Origin: Nitrospirota bacterium
GTDB lineage: Bacteria; Nitrospirota; Nitrospiria; JACQBZ01
Direction of reading: 5' to 3'
DNA: 64,000 bases
Assembly: GCA_016194285.1 (NCBI GenBank)
Contig: JACQBZ010000096.1
Span: 8,974-72,973 of the forward strand
The position numbers and the translations under genes were made by a program. Under the pieces are notes generated by a model, which saw only the letters and a program-made list of their open reading frames with translations, did not search any database and was not told the origin of the DNA. Position 1 is the stretch's first letter, and the number at the start of each line of letters is the position of its first letter. Below, in pieces: positions 30,115 to 38,309 of the stretch.

Positions 30115-31029
30115 CTAATCCCATGTTCTGGGGAAGAACTCCGTATGCCAATATTCAAACATGTTCACTTTCCAGATCTCGTCCGTGGTCAGATGCTCTT
30201 CCCATGGCGGCATCGCGGAGGCCCATGGAGCGCTCTCGCGCGGCAATCCCGGTCCTCCCTTGGAGATCCTCCAGAACACAAACGTTTCCTGAAGCTGGGC
30301 GATCGTCCCGGGATCGGCAAAGTTTGCCGGGATTGGAACAAAGGCAAACGCAAACATCCCGCGGCCGTTCAAGTTATCGCCGTGGCAAAAGTGGCAATTC
30401 TGGAAGAAAATGGCTCCGCCGTCTCTCACATTTTTCATATATTGCGGCGCATTCGGGTCAAAAGGATTCATCTTAAAATACTTGGATTCCTGTCCTACCG
30501 GCAGATATTTACCATTATCGTCCACTCTAAAAGGATTTTGAGCAGTCTGCAATGTAAAGTTTGTTCCGCGCACCGTGACGGAGGCGGGCGGAGCCGGATG
30601 AACCGTCCTTAAATCGATCGGCTCGTCAAATTTGGGGAGGTAGAAATCATACGTCCCGTACCCGATGAGCAGCGGAAGAACCACAAAGCTCACCGTTCGG
30701 ATCCCTTTATACATCGGGTTGACCGCCATGACCGTGTTTAAGATGGGTCGTTTAAACTCGGTCCATCCCTTCTCGGTAGAAGAAATAAACAGGAAGACGA
30801 CCAAGGTCACCAACCCCATAAAGGTATAGAGAAGCGCAGACGGTATGGGCGGAAACAACACAAACTTGAAGATCGAGTACGCTCCGAGCCAAAGAAGGAT
30901 GGCCTGCGGAAAAGCCGGTATCCGTTTGCCCATCTTCGTCAGAAGATAGTTCACGCCGACGTAGATGAACGCCACCAAGGTGATAATTAGAAGCAATTCA
31001 ATTGGCATGTAACCCGGAATCCACATCAT
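30115..31029 (-). CDS. Polytopic membrane protein with C-terminal monohaem cytochrome c domain
   Basis: The 304-aa ORF has about 4 hydrophobic helices followed by CHFCH. Confidence 0.8.
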   Translation of the reverse strand: MMWIPGYMPIELLLIITLVAFIYVGVNYLLTKMGKRIPAFPQAILLWLGAYSIFKFVLFPPIPSALLYTFMGLVTLVVFLFISSTEKGWTEFKRPILNTVMAVNPMYKGIRTVSFVVLPLLIGYGTYDFYLPKFDEPIDLRTVHPAPPASVTVRGTNFTLQTAQNPFRVDDNGKYLPVGQESKYFKMNPFDPNAPQYMKNVRDGGAIFFQNCHFCHGDNLNGRGMFAFAFVPIPANFADPGTIAQLQETFVFWRISKGGPGLPRESAPWASAMPPWEEHLTTDEIWKVNMFEYWHTEFFPRTWD

Positions 31030-31101
31030 TCACCTCCGAAATGATCGAATTATTCGAATCCTAGTGGTGTTCACTTAACTTGATGGATCTATGCGTCTAA
31101 G

Positions 31102-32325
31102 TTATTTAGAAGCCGCCTTTCCTCCACCCCCGCCGCACACCGTAGCGAACGATTCCTGCGGGGGCCCGTTCAAACCGTCCTTCTTGGCTTGATCACAATC
31201 CTGAGCCAACAAGTAATCGGCCATCTTTTCCAACGCTCCATAAGTAAACTTCTGGGCAAAGTCCTGGATCATCGGTGAAACCGTTGGATTAGCCTTTTGA
31301 ACAAACTGCGGAACAATAAACGCATTCGGATTGACGATGGATTCCATTACGTATTCCTTTGGTGTTTTTGCATGGGCCTTCCCGGCCTTGACCTGAGCCT
31401 GGTATTCCGGAGAGGCAATACGTCGCGCGGCATTATGCCCCTCGATCAGAAGCGGCCCGATCACGCCGAACTTCGCGGTGGCGATCCCCGGGATTTGATG
31501 ACAAGCAAAACAGCCCATTTTTGTGGCGATCTGATCCGGAGTATCGGAAGCCACTACAATGGGTGGCCCCGCCGGTGCGGCAACTTGCGTCGCTGCAGGG
31601 GCGCCCCCTTTTGGCCGATCGGACTCGGGGATAAACTTCTCATACGCGGCGCGAATTTCTTTGGCTGACGGCGGGGTCTCTCCTTCTCTAAAAAATAGCC
31701 AGGTATCCACCGCAATCAGTTGCTCGATGGTTAAACTGATCGGGGGTTTGTGAACGGCCGGCATCGGACTGTCCTTATCATTAGTGCCCTTTGTACCGAA
31801 GCCCGATACGACATAACAGGCCGGGCAGACATGAGACTCGGCAATATATTCTTCAGCCGTTGTTGCGCGTCCGCTCCCCTTAAAGGATTCAACCTGAACT
31901 GTGTCCGGTTTGAGGTATTTGGGATCCTTGATCCTTTCAGCAGCTCTCTTGGCGATCCCGATTAGATTCGGGGCACGGTCTCCGATATCGCCCGCTTTAA
32001 ATGTATGGCAGAGCGGACATTGCCCTGGCCCGATGCCTCGCTCGGCAAATCCGCCGACCTTTCCAAAGATGACCGCTTCCCCCATCTCGGCCAGTTTATC
32101 GACGGGCATGGTGTCCACCGCACCTGCCTCCATCTTCGGCGGAGGCGGAGGAACTTCACCACGGGTCTGCGGAAGCCAGTTCGAATAACTGGCAAAGATC
32201 CCCGTCATGACCATGTAGAAACCGATCGCCATTAAGATCCCTCGAATCCTCGGCAGATTATAGGCCAAAATGAAGAGAACGATCGAGGACAGCAGAATGG
32301 TGACAGCTAAGAGCCCTTGAGTCAC
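31102..32325 (-). CDS. Membrane-anchored dihaem cytochrome c
   Basis: The 407-aa ORF has two N-terminal TM helices and two CxxCH motifs (CPLCH, CFACH). Confidence 0.8.
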   Translation of the reverse strand: MTQGLLAVTILLSSIVLFILAYNLPRIRGILMAIGFYMVMTGIFASYSNWLPQTRGEVPPPPPKMEAGAVDTMPVDKLAEMGEAVIFGKVGGFAERGIGPGQCPLCHTFKAGDIGDRAPNLIGIAKRAAERIKDPKYLKPDTVQVESFKGSGRATTAEEYIAESHVCPACYVVSGFGTKGTNDKDSPMPAVHKPPISLTIEQLIAVDTWLFFREGETPPSAKEIRAAYEKFIPESDRPKGGAPAATQVAAPAGPPIVVASDTPDQIATKMGCFACHQIPGIATAKFGVIGPLLIEGHNAARRIASPEYQAQVKAGKAHAKTPKEYVMESIVNPNAFIVPQFVQKANPTVSPMIQDFAQKFTYGALEKMADYLLAQDCDQAKKDGLNGPPQESFATVCGGGGGKAASK

Positions 32326-32398
32326 GTTAGATCTCCTGTGGGTAAGATTTGGGGGCCGGCTGGAACCGGCCCCCAGAGATTAGTAATGAGGTTGACGA

Positions 32399-34321
32399 TT
32401 ACTCCGAGCCGCCGGCCATGGCGGGCCGAGCGACCTCTTTCCTCGCCTCGGCGAGTGCATGTTGCGAGGTCAGTTCGCCCAACCAAAATACAAACAATAC
32501 AAACAACCAGAAAGCCATCACATTGATCGACATCACGTTGGCCGCGAACCCAATCGTGTGGGTAAAGGCCCACGGGGAATTATCCCGAAACACCTCCATC
32601 ACGTGCCAGAACAACCGCACCGAGGATCGGATATATCCCATCAAGGCCATTAACCATGTAAAGGAGACCGCCAGGGCAAAAAGGGCATACTGCGAGCGCA
32701 CCGAGATTTTGCCCCACTCAATCGGCCCGGTCAACTTGGACCCTTTCATCATGGCGATGTTAATCGCGCTCCCGATAAACAACGTGGTTAAAGTTCCAAC
32801 GACCTGAGGCACGGACAGTCCGACACGCACATTGGCGGGGATGAAATATCCATAAATCGCCAGCCACCAGTTATTGACCAGGGCCACCGCAAACATCGCC
32901 ATTAAGGCGCCGTTGCCCCATGCCTCCCATTTCACCGTTACGATTTTATTACTGCGCTGATACAAGAGGAAAGAAATGATCGTGGTCATGATCATGGTGT
33001 TCACGGCGCCGTTCTTGGCCGACATCACACCAAAGTTTCCGATCACGGGATGTTGTTGCCCTCCGATGGCCTTCAACTCGGCGGGCCGCATCACCAAGGT
33101 ATGCGGCGTCAACCAAACCAGAAAGGCGGCCGTCGTAAGGAATAGGATGTACTTAATATATTTCTGGTATCGCTCCGCACCCCTCATCCGTTCCATTCCG
33201 TTGAACAGATAATAGTTGGTCGAGAAGAAGAGCGCGCCGATCAGCACCGCCTGTATGATAAACAACCAGGCCAGCAAACCGCCCATCAGCGTGATGCCCA
33301 TCTGCTGGCGGAAACCGTACACTTCACGCATCAGCCAGTAACCGGCAAAAGGCAATGGAATGAGCGACCCGACCGCCAAGAACATCGCAATGTATCCCAT
33401 CCAATCGTAGTAGGCCTTCTCTTCCTGATTCTTGGCCGCAAGGAATTTATACGCTGCGTAGGCCGCAACGATTCCGCCGCCGAACACCATGTTTCCGATG
33501 ATCCGGTGAACATTCAGGGGATTCCATAAGGCATTGTGCATAACCGCCCAGAGATTCCCCAAATATCGACCCTTCTCATCCACGCCGGCCGGGGACATCA
33601 TGAAACTCGCCCATGAATTGGCCAACATCATCAGAACCGTTCCAAACACGTTCAAGAGCACACCCATGCTGGCATGGATCCATTTTGCAAAACCATGGGC
33701 CATGCGGTCCCACCCATAATAATAGAGATAAAGGGTTCCGCTTTCGGCCAAGAAGAGAAGGGCGTAGATATGCATCACGGGCTTGAAAAGGGAGGAGAGA
33801 TACTTAAAGAAATCAGGATAGAGTGTAATAAAACTAAAGATAAGCAATCCGCCGAGGATTGCGGTAACGGAGTAAGCGGTGAGGCTGATCTTGACCATGA
33901 GATGGGCCAGATCATCATATTTCTTGGCCATCACAGGATCCTTCACCAACAGGCCGACCAGTTCGATGATCATGCAGAAGATCGGAACAGCCAGAACAAA
34001 GCTCCCGAAATAAAGATGCTGCTGGGCGATCGACCAGATGATAATTCGGTTTTCGCTGAGAGGATACGGGAGGTTATAACTTGGATAATCGGTGGCTTTT
34101 AATTCGGGAACAGGCGGGCCGGAGACGGGACCTTCTTTCTTATAGTAAATATCCTTGGCCATCTCGACCTTGGGCGCAGTCTCGGTTACGGCCTTGGTCG
34201 CATCGTCAGCCATTACAGGGGTTGAGAGAAGCGGCATAACGAGAGACATCAATAACATCGTCGCCACGGCCCCGAACGAGATCAGGGACCAGACCCGTAT
34301 TCTTCTGCTCATTGCCTTCAT
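32399..34321 (-). CDS. Cytochrome bd-like (CydA-homologous) polytopic membrane protein, putative terminal-oxidase subunit
   Basis: The 640-aa ORF has many TM helices and CydA-like blocks (IAQQHLYFGSFVLAVPIF; NSWASFMMSPAG; WNPLNVHRIIGNMVFGG). No cydB-like gene is adjacent. Three cytochrome c genes follow it. Confidence 0.8.
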   Translation of the reverse strand: MKAMSRRIRVWSLISFGAVATMLLMSLVMPLLSTPVMADDATKAVTETAPKVEMAKDIYYKKEGPVSGPPVPELKATDYPSYNLPYPLSENRIIIWSIAQQHLYFGSFVLAVPIFCMIIELVGLLVKDPVMAKKYDDLAHLMVKISLTAYSVTAILGGLLIFSFITLYPDFFKYLSSLFKPVMHIYALLFLAESGTLYLYYYGWDRMAHGFAKWIHASMGVLLNVFGTVLMMLANSWASFMMSPAGVDEKGRYLGNLWAVMHNALWNPLNVHRIIGNMVFGGGIVAAYAAYKFLAAKNQEEKAYYDWMGYIAMFLAVGSLIPLPFAGYWLMREVYGFRQQMGITLMGGLLAWLFIIQAVLIGALFFSTNYYLFNGMERMRGAERYQKYIKYILFLTTAAFLVWLTPHTLVMRPAELKAIGGQQHPVIGNFGVMSAKNGAVNTMIMTTIISFLLYQRSNKIVTVKWEAWGNGALMAMFAVALVNNWWLAIYGYFIPANVRVGLSVPQVVGTLTTLFIGSAINIAMMKGSKLTGPIEWGKISVRSQYALFALAVSFTWLMALMGYIRSSVRLFWHVMEVFRDNSPWAFTHTIGFAANVMSINVMAFWLFVLFVFWLGELTSQHALAEARKEVARPAMAGGSE

Positions 34322-34486
34322 GGCTAATCTCCCTCTGACTTAATTAAAGAATCTTCAGCCTCGCCATTCCCATTTTAGTCTTTTATTTAATCTAAACTAC
34401 TTCTTAGATTAAGCAACTTCAAGGTCAAGGTTTTTTTTAAAAAACAAACCCGCATTTGCCTCAAAAACCTGCATTTTTCTAGGTCC

Positions 34487-34515
34487 TAGATAGCACCAAA
34501 GGACAATTTTGTCAA
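34487..34515 (-). promoter_or_regulatory. Candidate sigma70-type promoter for the bd-like oxidase operon
   Basis: On the minus strand the sequence reads TTGACA-N17-TATCTA, inside the AT-rich 225-nt gap upstream of the oxidase ATG. Confidence 0.3.
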
Positions 34516-34545
34516 GTAAAAAATCAAAAGCCGATTTTGCCACTT

Positions 34546-34662
34546 TTAGTGGAATAGGAAAAAGTAATCAAGCCCTTGAATTTTCATGAAAAACCAGTCC
34601 ATTGTCTGAAAATATACAACCCATACCACAAGCATGACGAGAAAAGCGACCACCGTCTTCAT
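34546..34662 (-). CDS. Unannotated 38-aa hydrophobic mini-protein
   Basis: Own translation: MKTVVAFLVMLVVWVVYFQTMDWFFMKIQGLDYFFLFH*. The SD AAAGGTGG lies 5 nt upstream. The ORF is below the ORF-track size cutoff. Confidence 0.3.
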   Translation of the reverse strand: MKTVVAFLVMLVVWVVYFQTMDWFFMKIQGLDYFFLFH

Positions 34663-34707
34663 GATATCCACCTTTCTTCAAAAGAGAATGGCAAAGTCTC
34701 TACCGGA

Positions 34708-34809
34708 TCAATTATGGTATACCGCTGCAAGCCAATAGAAGAACCAGATCGAAACAAGACAGACGATGATATATAAAATTGGTCCTGCGTTTTGACGAAT
34801 TTTATCCAT
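34708..34809 (-). CDS. Unannotated 33-aa single-TM mini-protein
   Basis: Own translation: MDKIRQNAGPILYIIVCLVSIWFFYWLAAVYHN*. A strong SD (AAGGAGAGAGAA) lies directly upstream. Confidence 0.35.
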   Translation of the reverse strand: MDKIRQNAGPILYIIVCLVSIWFFYWLAAVYHN

Positions 34810-34937
34810 TTCTCTCTCCTTGAGGTGCGCCCCGAGTTCAATAACGCCCGCGATCTTAGTGAATTAAAAAAAGTTTGTCAAGAAAAAAATCCAAATGAAA
34901 CACCGTTTAAACAAAAGCCGAACCGGTCCCCCATTCA

Positions 34938-35858
34938 CTATGGCTGGGAGCCCGTCTTCGCACACCGGAACCCGATCGTTACATCGCGATATTCAGGATA
35001 CATCTTAAAACGGATCGAGGTCTGTGCACGCTTGATCGAATCGTTCCAGGAAGCTCCGCGAATGACCCGACTCTCCCCCTCCGAGACTCCGACGGGATTG
35101 CTCGCGGGCAACATGCGATAGGAATCCTGGTTATACCAATCCGCAACCCACTCCATCGCATTGCCCGCTAAATCATAAACCCCGTACGGGCTGACGTCCC
35201 GCTTAAATTGATTCACCGGAGCTGTATATGGCACGCCGTCGTCACCCACTAAATTGGCAAATTCGGACCGTTCCTCGTTGCCCCAAGGCCATTTTCGTTG
35301 GTCCGTTCCTTTGGAAGCTTTCTCCCATTCCGCCTCGGTTGGAAGGCGTTTGCCTTTCCATTGGCAATACTCCACCGCGTCATCCCAGGACACTCCGACG
35401 ACCGGGTTCAAGGCCTTGATGAAGAGCGGTATATCTTCTGTCGCGCCCGCCGAAAGATAGCCGGCCAGTCGAGGTTTCCGGTGCCCGGTAAGTCCGATGA
35501 ATTGGTAAAACTGCGCAAAGGTGACCTCGTACTTATCGATAGAATACCCGTCCAGATAGACCTTCCTTACGGGCTTCGCGTCATTGGAACCATCGTGGCT
35601 TCCCATGAAAAATTCGCCGGCGGGGATGAAGACCATCGATTCGAAATCCTCATCGATTTTGGCCTGTCTTACCTCGAGTTCGGCTTTCTGAGATTCTTCG
35701 GACACCTTCGCCAATTTTGTCGCCAGCGGTGTGTATCCCTGATCGGTTCGCGGCTCCTCCAAATCGGGTGGTCCTGATTTCTGACGGATTCCGATCTGAA
35801 TAATGACCAGGATCAAGAAAACAACCGCCAAGTAGATACCGATCAAGTACTTACTCAT
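34938..35858 (-). CDS. Membrane-anchored FGE/SUMF1-family (formylglycine-generating-enzyme-like) protein, paralogue 1
   Basis: The 306-aa ORF has an N-terminal TM helix and FGE-sulfatase domain motifs (VGVSWDDAVEYCQWKGKRLPTEAEWEKA, YDLAGNAMEWVADWY, RVIRGASW). It lacks the C-terminal CxxxxC copper-site pair of true FGEs. Confidence 0.88.
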   Translation of the reverse strand: MSKYLIGIYLAVVFLILVIIQIGIRQKSGPPDLEEPRTDQGYTPLATKLAKVSEESQKAELEVRQAKIDEDFESMVFIPAGEFFMGSHDGSNDAKPVRKVYLDGYSIDKYEVTFAQFYQFIGLTGHRKPRLAGYLSAGATEDIPLFIKALNPVVGVSWDDAVEYCQWKGKRLPTEAEWEKASKGTDQRKWPWGNEERSEFANLVGDDGVPYTAPVNQFKRDVSPYGVYDLAGNAMEWVADWYNQDSYRMLPASNPVGVSEGESRVIRGASWNDSIKRAQTSIRFKMYPEYRDVTIGFRCAKTGSQP

Positions 35859-36072
35859 GACGCATCTCGAATCCTGAGCGGGTCACCCTCTTGACTCTTG
35901 AGTAACTCGCGATTTGCGGATGTCCGATTTCCTCGGCTCAGAGATAAAGCGATGGGCAATAAATATAGATGGTGACGATCCGAATTGTATGCCAAAGGGA
36001 GGCCTGGAGAGCGACAGGAGCCAGAAATCGCAAATGAGGGAGGTGTAAGCGAGTTTCAACAGCCCGAATTTT

Positions 36073-36303
36073 TCACCGGCGACGGCCCGTCACGGCCACC
36101 TTGGGATCCGCCATACCCACTTCTCCGTTTGAGCCTTCATGGGATGGCCATGCCATCGTTTCGGCTCGTTTTTGGCGGCTGACCCGGGACCGGTACAGCA
36201 TCTGACCGACAAAAATTCCGGCCATGAACACGGCACCCGTATAAAACAGGACATAGACGGCATAAAAGAAATGCTTCACTCCGTTCACCCCCTCAACCAC
36301 CAC
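36073..36303 (-). CDS. Small membrane protein, YTGAVFMAG-motif family (copy 3)
   Basis: The ORF contains HFFYAVYVLFYTGAVFMAGIFVGQMLY. By analogy with copy 1, the likely start is the GTG at 36279, preceded by the SD GAGGGGG. Confidence 0.55.
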   Translation of the reverse strand: MVVEGVNGVKHFFYAVYVLFYTGAVFMAGIFVGQMLYRSRVSRQKRAETMAWPSHEGSNGEVGMADPKVAVTGRRR

Positions 36304-36373
36304 CGCTCGCTTGTAACGGGCAGATTAACACGGAAATTTCCGCCTCCGGCCATTCGACACCCTTGAACCGGGC

Positions 36374-36646
36374 TCATCGTTTTAGGGTCAGTTCATCCGA
36401 TTCGCTAACCTCCGTCAGATCGGATTCTGATCCGCTCACCGCTGCGGCGGCCGCTTGCGTGGAGAACCTCTCCTCCAGCTTTTCTCCGATGTACACGCCG
36501 ATCATAAATACGGCCCCCGTATACACCAGCACATAGAGGGCATAGAGTTGTCCTACCAACATGCCCGCCATGAATACAGCGGCCGTGTAGACACCGATTG
36601 AGACCAGAGAAAAAAGACGCCTCACGTACCGAACGACCTTTCCCAA
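36374..36646 (-). CDS. Small membrane protein with two YT(A/G)AVFM(A/I)G-motif helices (copy 2, internally duplicated)
   Basis: The ORF contains VSIGVYTAAVFMAGMLVGQLY followed by ALYVLVYTGAVFMIGVYIGEKL, then an acidic tail. The start codon is uncertain (TTG at 36646 or GTG at 36625). Confidence 0.6.
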   Translation of the reverse strand: MGKVVRYVRRLFSLVSIGVYTAAVFMAGMLVGQLYALYVLVYTGAVFMIGVYIGEKLEERFSTQAAAAAVSGSESDLTEVSESDELTLKR

Positions 36647-36728
36647 CGCCGTCTTTAAATCCGTTCAGCAAAACGTGGCTGAGTGGATGCGTTGACGATG
36701 TTCCAGGCGAATCGTTGCCACCCGGTGT

Positions 36729-36848
36729 TCAAACCCCTCGACGACTTTCCCACGCGCGTTCCAGTTTTTCTCCAACATACATCCCGGCCACAAAAACAGC
36801 GGCCGAGTAGAGGGAAACGGAAAGGGCGTAAAAAAAGAAATGGACCAT
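36729..36848 (-). CDS. Unannotated 39-aa membrane mini-protein, same motif family (copy 1)
   Basis: Own translation: MVHFFFYALSVSLYSAAVFVAGMYVGEKLERAWESRRGV*. The SD GAGGGAGAGAG lies upstream. Confidence 0.4.
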   Translation of the reverse strand: MVHFFFYALSVSLYSAAVFVAGMYVGEKLERAWESRRGV

Positions 36849-37197
36849 CCGAACTCTCTCCCTCGCAAGCTCGCCAGACCTTAGGTTTCTAATTATAAAA
36901 GTTTTTCAACCGACGTGTCAAGCTTAACCCGAGAACCCCTGTCCGTTCCTTGGGTTCGGATCCGCAGATAAGATGGTTCACAGAAATCGCTTGACTTTTG
37001 ACAGATCCTTGATAGAATGGGTTGCCATTCAATGGCCCTTCGGAATCGCACCATGGATATCCCTGAACAGAAAAAGAGAAACACACCCACCTTTGACTTT
37101 ATTGTTTTACTTGGCATGGTGGCAAACCTCATCCTGGCCGTTTTCCTAATCCTCTATTACTTCGGTTTTTTCTAGAAAAATCGTTACACTCAAAAGC

Positions 37198-38133
37198 TCA
37201 GGGAGTCGTTTTGGTGGAGCTGGATTTCATGGCATCCCCTGGTGTGACATCTTTCGCACAACGGAATCCAATCACCGCGCTGGTTTGGTGTTGAGCCGCC
37301 ATAAATCGCTTGGCCACCCTCGCATTAACCGAGGAATCATTCCAGGAGCCGCCCCGATAGACCCGGAATTTTCCCGTTTCGGGTCCTTTGGGGACCTTGA
37401 AAGGAGCGTTTTTGTAATAGTCCGCATCATACCAATCGGCCACCCACTCCGCGGCATTACCCGCCATATCGTATAGCCCATAGGGACTTCGTCCTGGTTC
37501 AAATCGCCCCGGGGGGGCTAGAAATTTATAACCGTCTTCTTCTCCCGTCAGATTGGCCGCCTTTTCGATAAAATCATTTCCCCACGGCCATCGGAAGCTT
37601 TGATCTCCACCCGCCGCCTTTTCCCACTCGGCTTCGGTGGGCAATCGCTTCCCGGCCCATTGACAATAATCTTTTGCGGCACTCCACGATACACCCACCA
37701 CGGGCAGTTCGGGTTTGGTGATGAGGGATAACTCCTCCTGAAAGACAGGAACTACCGGCATGGGATATTGGGTGGCCACCGAGAATTTCGAGAACTGGGC
37801 CTGGGTTACCTCCTTCAAATCGATCGAAAAAGCCGGCAGGAAAACCGCATGCTGCGGCATTTCATCCAAATCCCCGTTCGCAGCCGGACTGCCCATTTGA
37901 AAAGGTCCGTCCGGGATTACGACCATTTCTGAACCATCTTCCGTCATGATCGTGTTGAAACGGCTGAAATCGCGCAGGCCGGTTTGTCGTTCTTGTGTCT
38001 GCTCGACTTGCGTGCTTCGAGGCTTGGATGCTAACCGACTTGTTTTCCAAGCATCATAGATGAAGAAACCGATCAACAGAAAAAAAGAAGCGAAGACGAT
38101 GAGTGTTCCGTAATAAAACGCATCCTTTTTCAT
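37198..38133 (-). CDS. Membrane-anchored FGE/SUMF1-family protein, paralogue 2
   Basis: The 311-aa ORF has an N-terminal TM helix and the same FGE-domain motifs (VGVSWSAAKDYCQWAGKRLPTEAEWEKA, YDMAGNAAEWVADWY, RVYRGGSW). Confidence 0.88.
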   Translation of the reverse strand: MKKDAFYYGTLIVFASFFLLIGFFIYDAWKTSRLASKPRSTQVEQTQERQTGLRDFSRFNTIMTEDGSEMVVIPDGPFQMGSPAANGDLDEMPQHAVFLPAFSIDLKEVTQAQFSKFSVATQYPMPVVPVFQEELSLITKPELPVVGVSWSAAKDYCQWAGKRLPTEAEWEKAAGGDQSFRWPWGNDFIEKAANLTGEEDGYKFLAPPGRFEPGRSPYGLYDMAGNAAEWVADWYDADYYKNAPFKVPKGPETGKFRVYRGGSWNDSSVNARVAKRFMAAQHQTSAVIGFRCAKDVTPGDAMKSSSTKTTP

Positions 38134-38309
38134 GCCTTATCCTTTCTCGATCTGATTCCTTCCGAGTCTAGAATTCGCCGATGTATAAAGATGTGTAAAA
38201 ACGTCAGCACTATAGCCGACCATTGTCAAAAATGCAAGCCTGCCGGAATCGGCCTAAATCCTCGATGATTGAATAACGATTCCCAGTAGCCTATAATCAA
38301 CCCGTATAG

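Noticed and set aside
34659-34841. 60-aa minus-strand ORF from the track upstream of the oxidase
   Set aside because: It lacks an SD, and its frame overlaps two shorter ORFs that have strong SDs and clean single-TM products. I prefer the mini-ORFs at 34708-34809 and 34546-34662.
37053-37175. 40-aa plus-strand hydrophobic ORF (MDIPEQKKRNTPTFDFIVLLGMVANLILAVFLILYYFGFF) between FGE paralogue 2 and the mini-protein genes
   Set aside because: It has no convincing Shine-Dalgarno sequence and lies opposite to the otherwise uniform minus-strand cluster. It may be real, but the evidence is too weak to call.
34938-38133. Annotating the two FGE-family proteins as genuine formylglycine-generating (sulfatase-maturating) enzymes
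   Set aside because: The C-terminal copper-binding Cys pair (C-x4-C in the ...CHxSYCxRYR... region of true FGEs) is absent from both proteins, and no sulfatase gene is nearby. I kept only the family-level call.
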